Of a stretch of DNA of 51,554 nucleotides, positions 9,329-16,486 are shown in pieces (the first letter of the stretch is position 1; each line of letters starts with the position of its first letter). This stretch comes from Gemmatimonadota bacterium. GTDB taxonomy: Bacteria; Gemmatimonadota; Gemmatimonadetes; Gemmatimonadales; GWC2-71-9. The stretch spans positions 1-51,554 of the forward strand of contig QHVC01000116.1 in assembly GCA_003222205.1 (NCBI GenBank), written 5' to 3'. The notes beneath the pieces are model-generated. The model had not been told where the DNA came from, ran no database searches, and worked only from the letters and a program-made list of their open reading frames with translations. Position numbers and translations under genes: made by a program.

Positions 9329-9767
9329 CCGCGCGGTGTTCGTCGTGCTGCTCGGGCTGGCCGCATGCACGACTCGCCACACCGTGGCGCGCCTCACACC
9401 CCGCACGGCCGCGGGCATCCCGGATCGCGTCGAGGCCATGGCGCGCGAGGCCGTGCGCCTCGACGCCGCCGGCGATCCCAAAGCCGACACGCTGTACGCG
9501 GGGGAGGCGATCGTCGTCGGCAACGCGCGCGTGCGCCTTGGCTTCCCGCGCTTCGCGGGGGTGGGCTACGGCGGCCGGGCCACCGTCGCAAGCGTGACGG
9601 TGACCCTGGAAGGACGGTTCGCGTGGGTGCTGCTGGACTACCGGTGGTTCAACCTAACGACCAACCAAGCCGAGGCAGGACGGGCGACGTTCGTCTTCGC
9701 GGAGAAGCCGGACGGCTGGAAGATCATCCACGTCCACTCGAGCCAGGTATTGCCCTGGGACCGCTAG
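9318..9767 (+). CDS. NTF2-like (SnoaL/DUF4440-type) lipoprotein
   Basis: Signal peptide plus lipobox VVLLGLAAC. C-terminal FAWVLLDYRWF...ATFVFAEKPDGWKIIHVHSS is typical of NTF2-like domains. It overlaps the upstream gene by 11 nt. Confidence 0.65.
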   Translation: MPASRAVFVVLLGLAACTTRHTVARLTPRTAAGIPDRVEAMAREAVRLDAAGDPKADTLYAGEAIVVGNARVRLGFPRFAGVGYGGRATVASVTVTLEGRFAWVLLDYRWFNLTTNQAEAGRATFVFAEKPDGWKIIHVHSSQVLPWDR

Positions 9768-9985
9768 GCGTCCGCGGCGGGGCGTCCCTTGATCATGTCG
9801 CGGACCTTGTCGGCCGTGCTGGGGCTCACAACGCGCAACGCGAGGTAGAACAGGAAGCCGAGCGCGGCGAGATACAACACCGTCATCAGGAGACTGAGCA
9901 GGCCGCCGAGGAGTCCGAACACGATCTTCAAGCCGATCCAGGCGAGGACCGCGAACACCGCGAAGCCGAGGATGCTGCGAAACAT
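9764..9985 (-). CDS. small two-helix membrane protein
   Basis: MFRSILGFAVFAVLAWIGLKIVFGLLGGLLSLLMTVLYLAALGFLFYLALRVV. ATG at 9985 is preceded by GGAGG with a 5-nt spacer (cttcGGAGGcaaccATG on the minus strand), which favours it over the track start at 10006. Confidence 0.6.
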   Translation of the reverse strand: MFRSILGFAVFAVLAWIGLKIVFGLLGGLLSLLMTVLYLAALGFLFYLALRVVSPSTADKVRDMIKGRPAADA

Positions 9986-10035
9986 GGTTGCCTCCGAAGT
10001 GACCATTCCCGATTCCGTACCCGTACGGCCGCCCG

Positions 10036-11184
10036 ATGAGCCGGGTTTCGACCGCTGACGTCGCCATCATCGGCGGCGGCGTGATCGGCGCCGTGTGCGC
10101 CCGCGCGGCTGCCGAACGCGGGCTCCACACCGTCGTGTTCGAGCCGGGCCCCGACCCGGCCGCGGCCTCCGCGGCCTCGGCGGGGATGCTGGCCGCGCAG
10201 ATCGAGCCCACCGACCAGCTGCTGCTCGGCCTCGGCGTCCGGTCGCGGGACCATTACGAGCCCCTGGCCGCCGCGTTGAAAGATACCACCGGAATCGACA
10301 TCGGGTTCTGGCGAGGGGGGATCGCGTCGGTGGCGCTCGCGGACGCCGAGGTGGACCAGCTCCGCGAGTACGTGGCGCTCCAGCGGCAGGCGGGACTGCG
10401 CTGCGACTGGCTGGAGCCCGGGGACGTGCACGAGCGCTGGCCAACCGCGGCGCCGGAATGCGTGGGAGCCCTGTACGCGCCCGAGGACGGCGCCGTGGAT
10501 CCCCAGGCCCTGACTCGCGCGCTACTGGCGGACGCCCGCCGGCTCGGGGCGGCGCTCGTTTCCGAGCCGGTCGAGGAGATCCGCATCGCCGACGGCCGCG
10601 TGACCGGCGTGCGCGCTGCCGGCAGCACCGTCGCCGCCGAGCGCGTGGTACTCGCGGCCGGCGCCTGGTCGCCCCGGCTCAAAGGCCTCCCCCGTGACCT
10701 CCCGATCGAGCCGGTCCGCGGCCAGATGGCGATGACGCCCTGGCCCGCCGACACTCCCCCCGCCATCCTGTACCACATCCGCCACGGATACGTGCTCGCC
10801 CGCGGTGGTGACGCCATCCTCGGCAGCACCATGGAGCACGCCGGTTTCGAGGGGAAGGTCACCAACGAGGGACTCGCTCAGATCTTCCGGAGCGCCGTGC
10901 GCCTGCTCCCGGCGCTCGCGTCTTTGACCGTGAGCCGGAGCTGGGCGGGCCTGCGACCGGTCACACCGGACGGCCGGCCGATCCTCGGCCCCGACCCCGA
11001 CGTGGCTGGCCTGTATTACGCCACCGGCCACGGCCGCAATGGCGTGCTGCTCGCCGCGCTGACGGGCGAGGTCATCGGCGACCTGCTGACGAAGGGTGAA
11101 ACCGACGTGGACCTGGCGCCGTTGAGCCCAACGCGCAGCTTCCCGGAAATTCCCGAACCGGACATCCTGACACCCGACACCTGA
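10036..11184 (+). CDS. thiO: FAD-dependent glycine oxidase (ThiO-type DAO family)
   Basis: Dinucleotide fold DVAIIGGGVIGAVCARAAAERG. C-terminal ATGHGRNGVLLAALTGEVIGDLL is characteristic of ThiO/DAO enzymes. Confidence 0.7.
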   Translation: MSRVSTADVAIIGGGVIGAVCARAAAERGLHTVVFEPGPDPAAASAASAGMLAAQIEPTDQLLLGLGVRSRDHYEPLAAALKDTTGIDIGFWRGGIASVALADAEVDQLREYVALQRQAGLRCDWLEPGDVHERWPTAAPECVGALYAPEDGAVDPQALTRALLADARRLGAALVSEPVEEIRIADGRVTGVRAAGSTVAAERVVLAAGAWSPRLKGLPRDLPIEPVRGQMAMTPWPADTPPAILYHIRHGYVLARGGDAILGSTMEHAGFEGKVTNEGLAQIFRSAVRLLPALASLTVSRSWAGLRPVTPDGRPILGPDPDVAGLYYATGHGRNGVLLAALTGEVIGDLLTKGETDVDLAPLSPTRSFPEIPEPDILTPDT

Positions 11185-11202
11185 CCCCCGGCACGCTTTT
11201 CG

Positions 11203-12204
11203 ATGTACACCACGTGCGCGTTCTGCAACGCAAAGCTCGACGGCGACGGCGGTCCTTCCGGCCTCGGCGTGGGGCGCCGCATCGCCTTCGACGAGTTTAA
11301 GGGGCGGCTGTGGGTCATTTGCCCCAAGTGCGCGCGCTGGAACCTCACACCGCTCGACGACCGGTTGGAACGGATCGAGACTGTGGCCCGCGCGGCCCGG
11401 GAAGCGAAACTCCTCGCCGCCACCGAGCAAGTGGCGCTGCTCCGCTGGCAGGTCTACGACCTCGTCCGCGTGGGGAAGCCGCCCCGTATCGAGCTCGCCC
11501 CGTGGCGTTACGGTGAGCGGCTGAAGGCGCGGCAGCAGGAGCGGCTCAAGTACGTGATCCCACTGACCGTGGCCGCCGTGGGGCTGGGCATCGCGGCCAA
11601 CGTCGCCGCCGGCGGCTCCCTGGGCGTGTTCGTCTGGAACCTGCATCGCCTCGGCGAGGGCTTGTACATCACTGTCGTGGGGAACCGCAAGGTGAACCTC
11701 GCCGAGCCGCCGATTTGCCCCAGCTGCGGCACGCTGCTCGAGCTGCGCGCCAAGCACGTCCAGCACGCGCGCGTGGTACCGGATGCCCACGCGGACATCG
11801 CGGTGATCGTCAGCTGCCCACGCTGCCGCCAGGAGGCCGCGCAACTCACCGGCAGCGACGCGCACGCGGTCCTGCGACAGGGCCTTTCGTATCTCAACGC
11901 GCGTCGCGCGGGGCGACGCCGCGCGGAGGAGGCCGCCCAGGTCGTAGACCACGCGGGCGGACCCGACCGCCTGATCCGGGACGTCGCCCGGCGCGAGCTG
12001 ACGTTGCGGTCGCTGCGCCCCGAGCGACGCCTGGCGCTCGAAATGGCGGTGGACGAGCAGGCCGAGGTGCAGGAGCTGGAACACGAATGGAGGGATGCAG
12101 AGGAGCTGGCCGACATCGCGGACGGGACGCTGAGCTCCAACGCCGAGATCGAGGAGGAATTGCGCAGGCTCAAAGGCAGGGGGGGTAATCAACCAGACGG
12201 TTGA
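11203..12204 (+). CDS. hypothetical membrane protein with two CxxC...CxxC zinc-ribbon modules
   Basis: CAFC...CPKC at the N-terminus and CPSC...CPRC at about residues 172-208. They are separated by a hydrophobic hairpin (KYVIPLTVAAVGLGIAANVAAGGSLGVFVW). The acidic helical C-terminus reads LEMAVDEQAEVQELEHEWRDAEELADIADG. Confidence 0.65.
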   Translation: MYTTCAFCNAKLDGDGGPSGLGVGRRIAFDEFKGRLWVICPKCARWNLTPLDDRLERIETVARAAREAKLLAATEQVALLRWQVYDLVRVGKPPRIELAPWRYGERLKARQQERLKYVIPLTVAAVGLGIAANVAAGGSLGVFVWNLHRLGEGLYITVVGNRKVNLAEPPICPSCGTLLELRAKHVQHARVVPDAHADIAVIVSCPRCRQEAAQLTGSDAHAVLRQGLSYLNARRAGRRRAEEAAQVVDHAGGPDRLIRDVARRELTLRSLRPERRLALEMAVDEQAEVQELEHEWRDAEELADIADGTLSSNAEIEEELRRLKGRGGNQPDG

Positions 12205-12251
12205 GTTTTCCTCTACCCCGCCCCTCTAGTGGCCGCTATCTTCAGTTCCGC

Positions 12252-13169
12252 ATGGCCGCCCCGCTCGTTCAGCTCTCCCCACGCGCTGACCGGCCCCCCC
12301 AAGGGGACCAGCGCAAACCCTCCTGGCTCAAGGTCAAGGCTCCGGGCGGTCCCAACTACCTCGCCCTGAAGCAGATGATGCGCGGCCTCAAGCTCCACAC
12401 CGTCTGCGAGGAAGCGCACTGCCCCAACATCGGGGAATGCTGGGAGCACCACGCCGCCACGTTCATGATTCTCGGCGACGTGTGCACGCGGAACTGCGCC
12501 TACTGCGCCGTCGCGCACGGGACGCCCGCCCCGCTCGACCTGGAAGAGCCCGGGCGGCTGGCTGAAGCCGTGGCCCAGATGGGGCTCAAGCACGTTGTGA
12601 TCACCAGCGTCGACCGCGACGACCTCCCCCACGGCGGTGCCGAGATCTTCGCCGCCTGCATCAAGGAGATTCGGCTGCAGCTGCCGCAGACGTCGGTCGA
12701 AGTGCTCATCCCCGACTTCAAAGGGGACCCCGAGGCGCTGCGCCTCGTGGTCGACGCCCGCCCCGACATCCTGAACCACAACCTCGAGACCATCGAGCGA
12801 CTGTACCGCATCGCCCGGCCCGGCGGACGCTACTCGCGCGCGTTGGAGCTGCTGCGCCGCGCCAGGACACTAGCGCCGGACCTCATGACCAAGTCGGGGC
12901 TGATCTGCGGCCTGGGCGAGGAATGGGACGAGCTGCTCGTCGCGATGCGGGACCTGCGCGCCCAAGACGTGGAGATCCTCACGCTCGGCCAATACCTGCG
13001 GCCCTCGGCCGACCACTTGCCGATCGCCCGCTGGTACACCCCGGACGAGTTCGCGGAGCTCAAGCGTCTCGGCCTGGCGATGGGGTTCCGCCATGTCGAG
13101 GCGGGGCCGTTGGTGCGGTCGAGCTACCACGCGTGGGAGCAAGCGGCCGCGGCCGGCGCCGCGCGCTGA
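12252..13169 (+). CDS. lipA: lipoyl synthase
   Basis: Auxiliary cluster CEEAHCPNIGECW, radical-SAM cluster CTRNCAYCAV, and a C-terminal ...RSSYHA. An alternative TTG start at 12201 would overlap the upstream stop. Confidence 0.95.
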   Translation: MAAPLVQLSPRADRPPQGDQRKPSWLKVKAPGGPNYLALKQMMRGLKLHTVCEEAHCPNIGECWEHHAATFMILGDVCTRNCAYCAVAHGTPAPLDLEEPGRLAEAVAQMGLKHVVITSVDRDDLPHGGAEIFAACIKEIRLQLPQTSVEVLIPDFKGDPEALRLVVDARPDILNHNLETIERLYRIARPGGRYSRALELLRRARTLAPDLMTKSGLICGLGEEWDELLVAMRDLRAQDVEILTLGQYLRPSADHLPIARWYTPDEFAELKRLGLAMGFRHVEAGPLVRSSYHAWEQAAAAGAAR

Positions 13170-13180
13170 GTCGACCCCCC

Positions 13181-14179
13181 GTGGCCACCGCGACCGCCCC
13201 CGCTTCGAAAGACCAGAGCCAGGCCGAGCTGCACCGTCGCATGTTGCGGCAGATGCTGCTCATCCGCCGCTTCGAAGAGAAGGCCGCCGAGGCGTATGCC
13301 CTCGGCAAGATCGGCGGCTTTTGCCACCTCTACATCGGGCAGGAAGCCGTCGCCGTAGGGTCGCTCAACGCGCTCCGCGACGACGACTACGTCATCTGCT
13401 CCTACCGCGAGCACGGCCAGGCGCTGGTGCGCGGGATCCCCGCCACCGCCGTGATGGCGGAGCTGTTCGGCAAGGCGACGGGGTGCTCCCGCGGCAAGGG
13501 CGGCTCGATGCACCTCTTTGACGCCGGGAAGCGGTTCATGGGAGGGCACGGCATCGTGGGCGGTCACATCCCGCTCGCCGCCGGGCTCGGCTTCGCGATC
13601 AAGTACCGCGACGGGGACCAACTGTGCCTTTGCTACTTCGGAGAGGCGGCCGTGAACATCGGCGCCTTTCACGAAGCCCTCAACATGGCCTCCGTCTGGA
13701 AACTGCCCGTCATCTTCTGCTGCGAGAACAACCGCTACGGCATGGGGACGGCGTTCGAGCGCGTCGCGGCGGTCACCGATGTCGTCGAACACGCGTGCAG
13801 CTACGATCTCGCCGCCGAGCTGGTGAACGGGATGGACGCGCTGGCAGTGTACGAGGCCACCACGCGGGCCGTCGACCGGGCACGGAAAGGTGGCCATCCC
13901 ACGCTGCTCGAAGTGCGGACGTACCGCTTCATGGGGCACTCGATGTCGGATCCGCTGCACGGCGTATACCGCACCAAAGAGGAGGTCGAGGAGCAGCGGC
14001 AGCGCGATCCGATCACGCAGATGGCCCACAAGCTCATCGGCGACGGCGTGCTCGACCAGGCCGGGGTCGACGCGCTCGACGCCGAAGTGCGGGCGGAGGT
14101 CGAGGCGGCGGTGCAGTTCGCCGATCAGAGCCCCGATCCCGAGCCCGGCGCGCTGCTCACCGACGTGCTCGCCGAGTGA
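13181..14179 (+). CDS. pdhA: pyruvate dehydrogenase E1 alpha subunit
   Basis: GTG at residue 87 of ORF 12923..14179. MLLIRRFEEKAAEAYALGKIGGFCHLYIGQEAVAVG, and the TPP-binding region GDGA-like YFGEAAVNIGAFHEALNMASVWKLPVIFCCENNRYGMGT. Confidence 0.92.
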   Translation: MATATAPASKDQSQAELHRRMLRQMLLIRRFEEKAAEAYALGKIGGFCHLYIGQEAVAVGSLNALRDDDYVICSYREHGQALVRGIPATAVMAELFGKATGCSRGKGGSMHLFDAGKRFMGGHGIVGGHIPLAAGLGFAIKYRDGDQLCLCYFGEAAVNIGAFHEALNMASVWKLPVIFCCENNRYGMGTAFERVAAVTDVVEHACSYDLAAELVNGMDALAVYEATTRAVDRARKGGHPTLLEVRTYRFMGHSMSDPLHGVYRTKEEVEEQRQRDPITQMAHKLIGDGVLDQAGVDALDAEVRAEVEAAVQFADQSPDPEPGALLTDVLAE

Positions 14180-14183
14180 CGCG

Positions 14184-15164
14184 ATGCCGGTCCTGACCTA
14201 CCGCGACGCTCTGAATCAGGCCCTGCGCGAGGAGATGCAGCGCGACGCCGACGTCTTCCTGATGGGGGAAGAGGTGGGCGTCTACCAAGGCGCCTACAAA
14301 GTGAGCCGCGGGCTGTTGGAGGAGTTCGGCCCCAAGCGCGTCGTGGATACGCCGATTGCCGAGCTGGGGTTTGCCGGGATCGGCGTCGGGGCGGCGATGG
14401 CGGGGCTGCGGCCGGTCGTCGAGTTCATGACCTGGAACTTCGCCCTCCTCGCTCTCGATCAGATCATCAACTCCGCCGCGAAGATGCTCTACATGTCGGG
14501 CGGACAGCTCAAGATGCCGATTGTGTTCCGCGGGCCCAACGGGGCCGCCCTGCAGCTCGGCTCGCAGCACTCCCAGGCATGGGAATCGTGGCTCGCCCAC
14601 ATGCCGGGGCTCAAGGTGGTCGCCCCCGCCACGCCGGCCGACGCCAAAGGGCTGCTCAAGGCGGCGATCCGCGACGACAATCCGGTGATCGTCCTCGAGG
14701 GCGAGATGCTCTACAACACGAAGGGCGAGGTCCCCGAGGGCGAGCACGTGGTGCCGATCGGTCGCGCGGAAGTGAAGCGCGCGGGCAGCGACGTGACGCT
14801 GATCTGTCACTCCAAGACCGTGACGGTCGCACTCAAAGCGGCCGAGCAGCTGCAGGAGCAGAACGTGTCGGCCGAGGTGCTCGATCTCCGCTCGCTGCGG
14901 CCGATGGACGAGCCCGCGATCCTCGAGTCCATCGCGAAGACCAACCGCGCGGTGGTGGTGGAGGAAGGCTGGCCGCACTGCGGCGTGGGCGCACAGGTGG
15001 TGGATATCATCCAGCGGGACGCGTTCGACCAGCTCGACGCCCCGGTCCAGCGCGTCACCCAGGCCGACGCGCCGATGCCCTACAACAAGCACCTCGAGCG
15101 CGCCGCGAAGGCCAGCCCCGAGAAGGTGGTGGCGGCGGCGCGCCGGGTCCTCTACCTCGACTGA
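14184..15164 (+). CDS. pdhB: pyruvate dehydrogenase E1 beta subunit
   Basis: MPVLTYRDALNQALREEMQRDADVFLMGEEVGVYQGAYKVSRGL...DTPIAELGFAGIGVGAAMAGLRPVVEFMTWNF. Only a 4-nt gap follows pdhA. Confidence 0.95.
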   Translation: MPVLTYRDALNQALREEMQRDADVFLMGEEVGVYQGAYKVSRGLLEEFGPKRVVDTPIAELGFAGIGVGAAMAGLRPVVEFMTWNFALLALDQIINSAAKMLYMSGGQLKMPIVFRGPNGAALQLGSQHSQAWESWLAHMPGLKVVAPATPADAKGLLKAAIRDDNPVIVLEGEMLYNTKGEVPEGEHVVPIGRAEVKRAGSDVTLICHSKTVTVALKAAEQLQEQNVSAEVLDLRSLRPMDEPAILESIAKTNRAVVVEEGWPHCGVGAQVVDIIQRDAFDQLDAPVQRVTQADAPMPYNKHLERAAKASPEKVVAAARRVLYLD

Positions 15165-15166
15165 CG

Positions 15167-16435
15167 ATGGCCACCACCGTCCACATGGAGGCGCTCTCGC
15201 CCACGATGGAGGAAGGGCGCCTCGTCAAATGGACAAAGCAGGAAGGCGACGCGGTCAAGACGGGCGAGACCCTGGCCGAGGTCGAAACCGACAAGGCGGT
15301 GATGGAGCTCGTCGCCCGGGCCGACGGCAGTCTCGTGAAGATCCTGGTTCCCGAGGGGAAGACGGTGCCGGTGGGAGCAGCGGTCGCGTACATCGGGGCG
15401 CCGGGGGAGAGCATCCCGGATGCTGGTGGCAAGCCTGCCTCCGCGAGCACCGGGATGCGGGATGCGGGAAGCGTGAAACCGGCGCCTGCCGCGACCCTTC
15501 CCGCATCTGCCACTCCCCAGCCCGTCGCACCAACAGACGCCGCGCGGGTCAAGGCATCGCCACTCGCCCGCCGCCTGGCGCGCGAAGCGGGCGTCGACCT
15601 GCGGCTGGTCACCGGCTCCGGTCCCGGAGGCCGCGTCACGCGGCGCGACCTCGAGGGTGTCGCTGCGCCGGCTCCGTCCCCGGCACCGCCGGCCGCCGCG
15701 GCACCCACGCATCCCGCATCCCCCATCCCGCATCCCCCGAGCGGCGGGGCCGCGTTCGAAGACATCCCCCTCACGCAGATCCGCAAGACGATCGCGCGGC
15801 GCCTCGTCACCTCCCTGGGTCCCATTCCCCACTTCTTCCTCACGACCGAAGTGGACATGGAGCGCGCCGCCGAAGCGCGCGCAGCGCTGAACAAGGAGCT
15901 CGGCGACCAGGGGAAGGTCTCCTTCAATGACATCATCGTGAAGGCGACCGCCCTCGCGCTCACCCGTCACCGCGCGTGCAACGCCTGGTTCCAGGAGGAC
16001 CACATCCGCTACTGGAACGAGGTCCACCTGGGGATGGCGGTGGCGGTCGAGGATGGTCTCATCACGCCCGTGGTCCGCAACGCCGACCAGAAGAGCTTGT
16101 CGCAGATCAGCGTCGAAGCGCGCGCCCTCGCCGACAAGGCGCGGCACCGCCAGCTCAAGCCGGACGAATACACGGGGGCGACCTTCAGCGTCTCCAACCT
16201 CGGCATGTTCGACATCGACCAGTTCACCGCGGTGATCAACCCCCCCGAGGCCGGAATCCTCGCGGTGGGAACCGTGGTGGAGAAGCCCGTCGTTGTGGAA
16301 GGGCAGGTGGTGCCCCGCAAGCGCCTGCGGCTCACGATGAGCTGCGATCACCGGGTGATCGACGGCGCCACCGGGGCGGCGTTCCTGAAGACCCTGAAGC
16401 AGATGCTCGAGAACCCCCTCGCGATGCTGCTCTAG
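15167..16435 (+). CDS. pdhC: dihydrolipoamide acetyltransferase (PDH E2)
   Basis: Single lipoyl domain with ...LAEVETDKAVMELVA. Subunit-binding domain VKASPLARRLAREAGVDLRLVTGSGPGGRVTRRDLE. Catalytic domain ending ...LTMSCDHRVIDGATGAAFL. Confidence 0.93.
   Translation: MATTVHMEALSPTMEEGRLVKWTKQEGDAVKTGETLAEVETDKAVMELVARADGSLVKILVPEGKTVPVGAAVAYIGAPGESIPDAGGKPASASTGMRDAGSVKPAPAATLPASATPQPVAPTDAARVKASPLARRLAREAGVDLRLVTGSGPGGRVTRRDLEGVAAPAPSPAPPAAAAPTHPASPIPHPPSGGAAFEDIPLTQIRKTIARRLVTSLGPIPHFFLTTEVDMERAAEARAALNKELGDQGKVSFNDIIVKATALALTRHRACNAWFQEDHIRYWNEVHLGMAVAVEDGLITPVVRNADQKSLSQISVEARALADKARHRQLKPDEYTGATFSVSNLGMFDIDQFTAVINPPEAGILAVGTVVEKPVVVEGQVVPRKRLRLTMSCDHRVIDGATGAAFLKTLKQMLENPLAMLL
15411..15472. 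repeat. GCATCCC/GGATGC palindrome plus a 3x heptamer array (GGGATGC GGGATGC GGGAAGC), in frame inside pdhC linker 1
   Basis: Read directly: gcatccc|ggatgc at 15411-15423, and three 7-nt units at 15452-15472 encoding ...TGMRDAGS... Confidence 0.8.
15709..15736. repeat. 4x heptamer array GCATCCC GCATCCC CCATCCC GCATCCC inside pdhC linker 2; the reverse complement of the array at 15452-15472
   Basis: Read directly. It encodes ...THPASPIPHPPS... The unit is the exact reverse complement of GGGATGC. Confidence 0.8.
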
Positions 16436-16473
16436 TCGGACAGTCGGACGGTCGGACAGCCTGACTGTCCGAC
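16435..16473. repeat. 8-nt phased array GTCGGACA GTCGGACG GTCGGACA GCCTGACT GTCCGACA, forming a 9-bp perfect hairpin between pdhC and lpd
   Basis: GTCGGACAG (16451-16459), loop CCTGA, CTGTCCGAC (16465-16473). It starts on the last base of the pdhC TAG and ends 1 nt before the lpd Shine-Dalgarno AAGGAGA (16474-16480). Confidence 0.8.
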
Positions 16474-16486
16474 AAGGAGACCGTTC

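Noticed and set aside
9764-9767. Convergent genes sharing overlapping stop codons in a CTAG tetramer. This is also seen at 32311-32314 for gdh and the aminopeptidase gene.
   Set aside because: It is real in the sequence. It is most simply explained by genome compaction plus the TAG/CTA palindrome. There is no evidence for function beyond the absence of a terminator between the convergent genes.
9986-10035. TPP riboswitch upstream of thiO
   Set aside because: Only 50 nt of intergenic DNA is shared with a divergent gene, which is too short for a THI-box aptamer. The only structure is a small palindrome, CCGTAC-cc-GTACGG (10015-10028), of unknown meaning.
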